A DNA stretch of 64,000 nt from Candidatus Zixiibacteriota bacterium (GTDB lineage Bacteria; Zixibacteria; MSB-5A5; GN15; FEB-12), in contig JBFLZR010000009.1 of NCBI GenBank assembly GCA_040756055.1, positions 4,620 to 68,619 of the forward strand, read 5' to 3'. The position numbers were made by a program, and so were the translations under genes. Below, piece by piece: positions 58,610 to 64,000 of this stretch; position 1 is the first letter of the stretch; each line of letters opens with the position of its first letter. The notes below the pieces were generated by a model. That model saw only the letters and a list, made by a program, of their open reading frames with translations, was not told where the DNA came from and made no database searches.

Positions 58610-58680
58610 TGCCTCTCCTCCTCATGTGTTTCACGCTGAAGGCACGACGCCGCCATTATTGATTTGAACAATTGATGGCG

Positions 58681-60006
58681 CTATGTAGCCTCCCGGCGTG
58701 TTACATAAAGGTGTCGTAGCTCAAGCAAATCCTGCAGGTTTTCACTGAAGAATTTGCACTTTCCTGACAGACTCTCTGTTTGTTCGCGGATATCGATAGC
58801 GCACCCTCCAGCGCAGACGGGGAGAATAGCGCATGATTTACAGCTGTTACTTTCCAACGGGTCGAGCGTCGTATATTGGAGCATATTCCGATGCTGGAAT
58901 TCATCCACCGGCCTGTAAAAAATGGAATCCACCGACTGATCTACCCTCGCAGACACATCCTGCCAGCATTTAAAGATGTAACCGCTTGGGGCTATTATAA
59001 AAGAACTGTCGGAGTCAGTCGGACATGAGGGCTCGGCAAGTAAATACGGAAAGTCAAACTTCAGACCGCTTCTTCCCGTTACATTTCGATAGATATTCAG
59101 GTGGTTTTTGAGCTCTGAATCACTCTGACGGCATCGACCGATTGCGTCAGCGCAGATCTCTGTTTTAACACGGCTCGGTGCAACGAGAAGGCGCACCCTG
59201 CCGAGTACATCAGCCTGCGCAAGTGAATCAAGAACGTCGTTCATACCCTCGACATCGCTTGCGGCGACATTTATTCTCACAATCGTGTCGAGAATTCCGG
59301 CGACCTGCGAGAGGTTGAAGACTATCCGGTCAAACGAACCGTTCACCTCAGACAATTTCCTTGTTTTATCGTGCGCTTCCCGCGGCCCATTCAAAGTGAC
59401 CTGAGCGGTGTGGACGCCCGCTTCATTGAGGCGCAGCGCCATGGTTTTATCCAAAAGAGCGCCGTTGGTGATGATCGTTGAAGCAAAAAGTTCGATTCCA
59501 TACCCGGCAGCTTTGTCGGCAAGATGTCTCTGGATTCGCTCGATGGTATCGATTTCGAGAAGCGGCTCACCACCGAACCAGGTAACATGTATCTTCTCGG
59601 CTTTCCTGATGGTCTTGTCCAGAAACGAGACCAAAAATTTCTCGACCGGTGGCCGCATCTTCATCTTGTGTTGTCGTCCGTAGCATAAATCGCAGGTTAG
59701 ATTGCAATCGAGGGTAGGAGCAATGGCGAGGGTAAGAAGGTCTTTTCCGAAGCGGCCACGATTATAATACATTTTCTGCTGCGCCAATTCATGGACATCA
59801 TCTTCAATAAGGAATCCGCCATAAACCAACTGCTGTCTGAGAGCGAGGTTATTCTCGGCAGATTCGCCCAGGGGATTCTTTAGAACGGCGGAGACCTGCG
59901 AATAGGAGTTCGGGTCAAGCTCAGCCATGGCACCCGTGACACTGTTAAAGAGGATCCGGTTGCCATTATCGAGATCGGCAAAAATGTTAAACTGGGACGC
60001 TTTCAC
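58681..60006 (-). CDS. Radical SAM/SPASM peptide maturase with N-terminal RRE-like extension
   Basis: About 85-aa N-terminal extension (SQFNIF...ILFNSVTGAMAEL), LAIAPTLDCNLTCDLC, WFGGEPLL; SPASM C...FKCW...CKSCAILPVCAGGC...C. Confidence 0.92.
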   Translation of the reverse strand: MKASQFNIFADLDNGNRILFNSVTGAMAELDPNSYSQVSAVLKNPLGESAENNLALRQQLVYGGFLIEDDVHELAQQKMYYNRGRFGKDLLTLAIAPTLDCNLTCDLCYGRQHKMKMRPPVEKFLVSFLDKTIRKAEKIHVTWFGGEPLLEIDTIERIQRHLADKAAGYGIELFASTIITNGALLDKTMALRLNEAGVHTAQVTLNGPREAHDKTRKLSEVNGSFDRIVFNLSQVAGILDTIVRINVAASDVEGMNDVLDSLAQADVLGRVRLLVAPSRVKTEICADAIGRCRQSDSELKNHLNIYRNVTGRSGLKFDFPYLLAEPSCPTDSDSSFIIAPSGYIFKCWQDVSARVDQSVDSIFYRPVDEFQHRNMLQYTTLDPLESNSCKSCAILPVCAGGCAIDIREQTESLSGKCKFFSENLQDLLELRHLYVTRREAT

Positions 60007-60101
60007 GAGACTTTTTGTTCCTGTGAGGGACTTGTCAAGAGAAGCCGAGGTGCTGCTTCTATCGCCGTCAAGTTAAGTTGTTCCAAATAGGATACTTAAC
60101 T

Positions 60102-60129
60102 AATATAGCTTTTTTGTCCCGACTGTCAA
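60102..60129 (-). promoter_or_regulatory. Sigma70-like promoter for the rSAM maturase
   Basis: Minus strand TTGACA-N16-TATATT. Confidence 0.6.
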
Positions 60130-60218
60130 TATTGAAGTTTAGAGCCGAATCATCGCGACCCTTCACGTCTAGCGATCCGGCGCTGTGTTACCGAATGTCC
60201 TACAGGATGACCAAAGTG

Positions 60219-60286
60219 AAACACGGTCGAGAAGTTACGACCGTGTTTTTGCCTGCGCGTAAAATCGAAATCGCTCGATTTTTTTT
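60219..60286. terminator. Two hairpins following precursor peptide A
   Basis: AAACACGGTCG/CGACCGTGTTT (60219-60248) and AAAATCGA/TCGATTTT (60261-60282). Confidence 0.65.
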
Positions 60287-60287
60287 G

Positions 60288-60383
60288 TCATTCGGGCGGC
60301 TGGATAACAAACAGCCTTATGCAATCGAACGGGCAGGGTTTGTTCGGTCCCTTACCGCTGATGGGCTCAATGATAAACAGCAT
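60288..60383 (-). CDS. Putative RiPP precursor peptide A, 31 aa
   Basis: Hand-translated MLFIIEPISGKGPNKPCPFDCIRLFVIQPPE*; RBS GAGGAGG 7 nt upstream; paralogous to peptide B. Confidence 0.82.
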   Translation of the reverse strand: MLFIIEPISGKGPNKPCPFDCIRLFVIQPPE

Positions 60384-60687
60384 TAGCCTTCCTCCTCAAT
60401 GCGTTAGGATATATTCTGTTAGCACGAGCGCATAATCTGTTGATCTGCAAAGTCGGTTACGTGCTGAACAGATTCTAATGATACTTTACATCACCAATAG
60501 AGTCCTAGAGTCATCTAATCTGTCCTTCTGTAGGGGGCCTGCAGGAAGAGGCAACGTACTATATGCTACCAACACACAGTCAAGCCGCTCTAATAAGTCA
60601 GTATTTAAATAAGTCTTCCTGGAGCTACATGTCAATATTGATATTCACGAGCGGTAATTTCAATTAAGTATCCTGAGGAGCCAACCG

Positions 60688-61773
60688 CTAAGCGATGATC
60701 CCACCGCCCAGAAGAACATCGCCGTCGTAGAAAACCACTGACTGGCCGGGGGTTATGGCGCGCTGCTTCCGGTCGAAGACGACTTTCACCTGGCGGTCCG
60801 ACAAGGGAATCAAAGTTGCCGGAGCGGCCTTGTGCTGATAACGAATTTTTACTTCGACGCGAAGTTCCTCTGCCGGTGGGGCAATGCTTACCCAGTTGAC
60901 ATTCGCTGCCGTCAATTCGCGTTCGTAAAGCCCACTATCATCGCCGACTAAGATGCGGTTACTATCGACGTCAATCTTCTGGACATACAGCGGGGTCGGG
61001 TAGGCAACCCCGAGCCCCCGGCGCTGGCCAATAGTGTAGAAAGGTGTCCCCTTGTGTTTGCCCAGCACGGTTCCGTCTTCATGAACAATATCTCCCGGGG
61101 CATGCTCAATACCTTCTTTGGCATCATACTCGGTCAAGAAGCGGTGATAGTCGTCGTCGGCAACAAAGCATATCTCGCGGGATTCGACTTTGTTGGCTGT
61201 GCGGAGGTTATACTTTGACGCAATCTCACGGACCTGGGATTTCAGCATTCCACCGAGCGGCATAAGCGTTTTGGACAGAGCCTCCTGACTGATTCCCCAC
61301 AGCACATATGACTGATCGCGTGATTCATCGACGCCTTTGCGAATCCGGTAGCGGCCGCTCTCACTTTGTTCGACGAAGGAGTAGTGGCCGGTGGCGATAA
61401 AGTCGCACCCTACCTGCTTTGCCTTGCGAAGAAACTCGTTCCATTTTACTTCGGTGTTACAACGCACGCACGGATTCGGAGTTCTGCCGGCCCGGTATTC
61501 ATTTACGAAATCCTTGATTACTTTTTCCCGGAACTGCTCGGACATATTCAGGACATAGAACGGGGCGCCAATTGAATCACAGACCATGCGGCAATCGGTA
61601 ATAGAATCGATGGTACAGCACCGACCGTCCTTGTAAATATCGCCGCCCACATCGACATAGTCCCAGAGCTTCATGTGGGCCCCAACGACATCGAAGCCCT
61701 GTTCCTTCAGAATCAGGGCCGCTACGGACGAATCCACTCCACCGGACATTGCCACCAGTACTTTTTCACTCAT
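60688..61773 (-). CDS. mnmA: tRNA-specific 2-thiouridylase
   Basis: AMSGGVDSS, TPNPCVRCN, ATGHY, DQSYVL and RAITPGQSVVFY. Confidence 0.96.
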   Translation of the reverse strand: MSEKVLVAMSGGVDSSVAALILKEQGFDVVGAHMKLWDYVDVGGDIYKDGRCCTIDSITDCRMVCDSIGAPFYVLNMSEQFREKVIKDFVNEYRAGRTPNPCVRCNTEVKWNEFLRKAKQVGCDFIATGHYSFVEQSESGRYRIRKGVDESRDQSYVLWGISQEALSKTLMPLGGMLKSQVREIASKYNLRTANKVESREICFVADDDYHRFLTEYDAKEGIEHAPGDIVHEDGTVLGKHKGTPFYTIGQRRGLGVAYPTPLYVQKIDVDSNRILVGDDSGLYERELTAANVNWVSIAPPAEELRVEVKIRYQHKAAPATLIPLSDRQVKVVFDRKQRAITPGQSVVFYDGDVLLGGGIIA

Positions 61774-61836
61774 GGTTCATAACCAAAGAAAAGGGTCGCT
61801 GAGCGACCCGTAAGATTCGCTCCCTGTTCATTGCGC

Positions 61837-63003
61837 CTATTGTTTGCTATAAACAGGAGACATTTCGCGCAGTTTGCCGATGACATCAGGAAGAACTCCG
61901 AGGACGTAGTCGATTTCATCGCGCGTCGTGGATCTGCCGATAGAGAAGCGGATGGCCCCCTGGGCCATGACACTTTCGATCCCCATGGCTCTCAACACAT
62001 GCGAGGGTTCGGTTGCTCCGGAGGTACAAGCGGAGCCGGAGGAACAGGCGATTCCCTTAAGGTCCAGCGCCAGAACGATCGACTCACCTTCCACGCCATT
62101 GAACGAAATATTGACCGTCTGAGGGACCCTGTTTTGCCTGGTGCCATTGAGCGCGATATCGGGAATAGTCGCGACCACTTTGTCGATGAAATAGTCGGCC
62201 AGATCCGACATCATTTTATAGTCCTGTTGCTGACGGGCGAGGGCTATTTCAAGGGCCTTCGCGAAACCGACCGCCCCCGCGACATTTTCGGTTCCGGGCC
62301 GACGCTTCCTCTCGTGTGAACCGCCGTAGAACAGCGGTAACACCTTAATGCCGGCGCGAATATAGAGGGCACCGATTCCCTTGGGCCCGTAAATCTTGTG
62401 GGCGGTAATCGAAGCCATGTCTACGTCCATCTGACGAACATCCACCGGGATTTTGCCTGTCGACTGAACAGCATCGGTATGAAAGAGGCTCCCTTTTTCG
62501 TGGGCAACTTCAGCCATTGGCCGGATATCCTGAATAGTACCGGTTTCGTTGTTGGCGTGCATTACCGAAACGATCGATGTTCTGTCCTTGACGATTTGTC
62601 GTAGTTGGTCCGGTGAGGAGAAGCCTTCGCGGTCCACCGGCAAAAAGTCAAGCTTGAGGTTGTGCCGGTGAGCGAGATATTCGGCCGGTTCGAGCACGGC
62701 GTGATGCTCGGCGGCGCCGACAATGATGTGGTCTTTTTCTTTAATATTTTTAAATGCCGTCCCGAGAATGGCAATATTGTCCGATTCAGTGCCTCCCGAC
62801 GTGAAATAGAGTTCAGTCGGATCGCAGTTTATGACCGCGGCGATTTGTTCGCGGGCGTTTTCCAGCGCCACCTTGGCTTCCCGTCCGAATGAGTGCACGG
62901 AACTGGCGTTACCAAACTTTGCACTCAGATATGGAAGCATTGCTTCGACCACGAGCGGGTCTACGGGGGTGGTGGCATTGTGATCAAGATAAACGGTCTT
63001 CAT
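61837..63003 (-). CDS. iscS: Cysteine desulfurase (IscS/NifS family)
   Basis: YLDHNATTP, FTSGGTESDN, HTDAVQ, AHKIYGPKG and SSGSACTSG. Confidence 0.93.
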   Translation of the reverse strand: MKTVYLDHNATTPVDPLVVEAMLPYLSAKFGNASSVHSFGREAKVALENAREQIAAVINCDPTELYFTSGGTESDNIAILGTAFKNIKEKDHIIVGAAEHHAVLEPAEYLAHRHNLKLDFLPVDREGFSSPDQLRQIVKDRTSIVSVMHANNETGTIQDIRPMAEVAHEKGSLFHTDAVQSTGKIPVDVRQMDVDMASITAHKIYGPKGIGALYIRAGIKVLPLFYGGSHERKRRPGTENVAGAVGFAKALEIALARQQQDYKMMSDLADYFIDKVVATIPDIALNGTRQNRVPQTVNISFNGVEGESIVLALDLKGIACSSGSACTSGATEPSHVLRAMGIESVMAQGAIRFSIGRSTTRDEIDYVLGVLPDVIGKLREMSPVYSKQ

Positions 63004-63088
63004 GTTATTTCTCTGATTTTTGATTTACTACATTATATATCAATACGAACTATTTGCCGGACTCAGTTGTTCCGGCGCATCTAACTCA

Positions 63089-64000
63089 TTAGAAGGCATA
63101 TAATATAGTAAAATGCCAGCGGCTGGCAAAGTCATATTTGTCGGTCTTTATTCTTCGGGCGTAGTCGATCCGGATAGGGCCGGCTGGTGACATTATCTGA
63201 AAACCAGTACCATAACTGTATGCCAGATTGGAGAATTTCATTTCAGTATCCTGCCTGAAGCCATTGCCCATATCGAAAAAGACCGACTGATACAGCGGCA
63301 GCGTCTCGAAAAATCCCCCGATACCCGGCAAAGCCTGTAGAAACTGGATGGTCCTCCATCTGAATTCCTGGTTAAATATAGCCGTAATCCTGGCACCTTC
63401 CACCGATCCATCCTCAAATAACGGTCCGAGGGAGTTTTCTCTGAACCCTCTGATGGTACTGGCGCCGCCGAGATAGAGGCGCTCCTCAGCCGGGACTGCG
63501 CTCGATTGACCGAAGGCGGTGGCGTATCCTCCTTTGATGCGCGTGGCGGATATCCAGCCGGGCCAGACCACCTGGTATCTTCCCCAGCTTGCTTCAAGCT
63601 TGTAAAAATCGTCATCTCCACCGAGAAAACCGCCGAAAAATTCGCCCGAGATATCGCTGAGCGAACCTCTTCGCGGGATGAAAATGTTGTCACGACTGTC
63701 TCGCCGGTACGTGGCATAGAGCTTCCGCCTGGCGGAGATACCTTCTTCCTCCTTTATCAGTTGCTCGGTTCCGGCCGGGATGTCGGAGAGCTCGACCTCG
63801 TTGTACTCCAGTCCTGCCGTGGTTTTCACTTTGTCACCGAACCACTTGACAGTCGACACCGAAACCGACCAGGAACTGATTACGAAATCCTGGACCGACG
63901 ACCTTATAGGAGGTTCATACTGTCCTGTGAATGAGACCGGCATTCGAAAGCCCAAAAACCATGGCTCTGTGTAGCGAATCCAGTAACGGTGCGTGATCAG
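63089..64000 (-). CDS. C-terminal part of an Omp85-family (BamA/TamA) beta-barrel protein, 5-prime truncated by the window
   Basis: Frame open to base 64000; YLGGASTIRGF, SPAGPIRIDYA and terminal aromatic ...TILYAF*. Confidence 0.88.
   Translation of the reverse strand: MITHRYWIRYTEPWFLGFRMPVSFTGQYEPPIRSSVQDFVISSWSVSVSTVKWFGDKVKTTAGLEYNEVELSDIPAGTEQLIKEEEGISARRKLYATYRRDSRDNIFIPRRGSLSDISGEFFGGFLGGDDDFYKLEASWGRYQVVWPGWISATRIKGGYATAFGQSSAVPAEERLYLGGASTIRGFRENSLGPLFEDGSVEGARITAIFNQEFRWRTIQFLQALPGIGGFFETLPLYQSVFFDMGNGFRQDTEMKFSNLAYSYGTGFQIMSPAGPIRIDYARRIKTDKYDFASRWHFTILYAF

Noticed and set aside
60078-60386. 102-aa plus-strand ORF from the track
   Set aside because: TTG start, no RBS, crosses hairpins and a promoter, and is antisense to precursor A.
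60400-60687. Additional precursor copies upstream of A
   Set aside because: No further GAGGAGG RBS or FIIxP-type ORF was found on the minus strand; the region looks regulatory.

Overview
Bacterial chromosomal window. Secreted proteins with FlgD-Ig/CTD-like or dockerin C-termini plus an Mgl/Pil locus suggest a Zixibacteria-like organism (inference only). From left to right it holds: the tail of a type II-C CRISPR-Cas locus (cas9 C-terminus, cas1, cas2, 21 repeats of 36 bp); REP-like repeats; sdhCAB; a fused type IIG restriction-modification gene; a long minus-strand motility/polarity region (DUF4388, three accessory roadblock proteins, an unusually extended MglA, MglB, pilB, pilT, pilC, pilS); comEC, murJ, rpsT; housekeeping genes (argF, hslUV, xerC, topA, rpoZ, gmk, yicC); a possibly split histidine kinase pair; an S8 protease, ABC transporter and AsmA protein; and mnmA, iscS and a bamA-like fragment. 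The best candidate for an undescribed system is at 57.3-60.4 kb. Two small Cys-containing ORFs missing from the ORF track (31 aa and 50 aa, shared leader MxFIIxPxSGKGPN and core CPxDC) alternate with two radical SAM/SPASM genes, which looks like a RiPP biosynthetic locus. Other strong observations are an MglA GTPase ending in a MinD-type membrane-targeting helix within a four-roadblock operon, CRISPR repeats that each carry a complete sigma70-like promoter, and a His-less kinase paired with a REC-HisKA protein.
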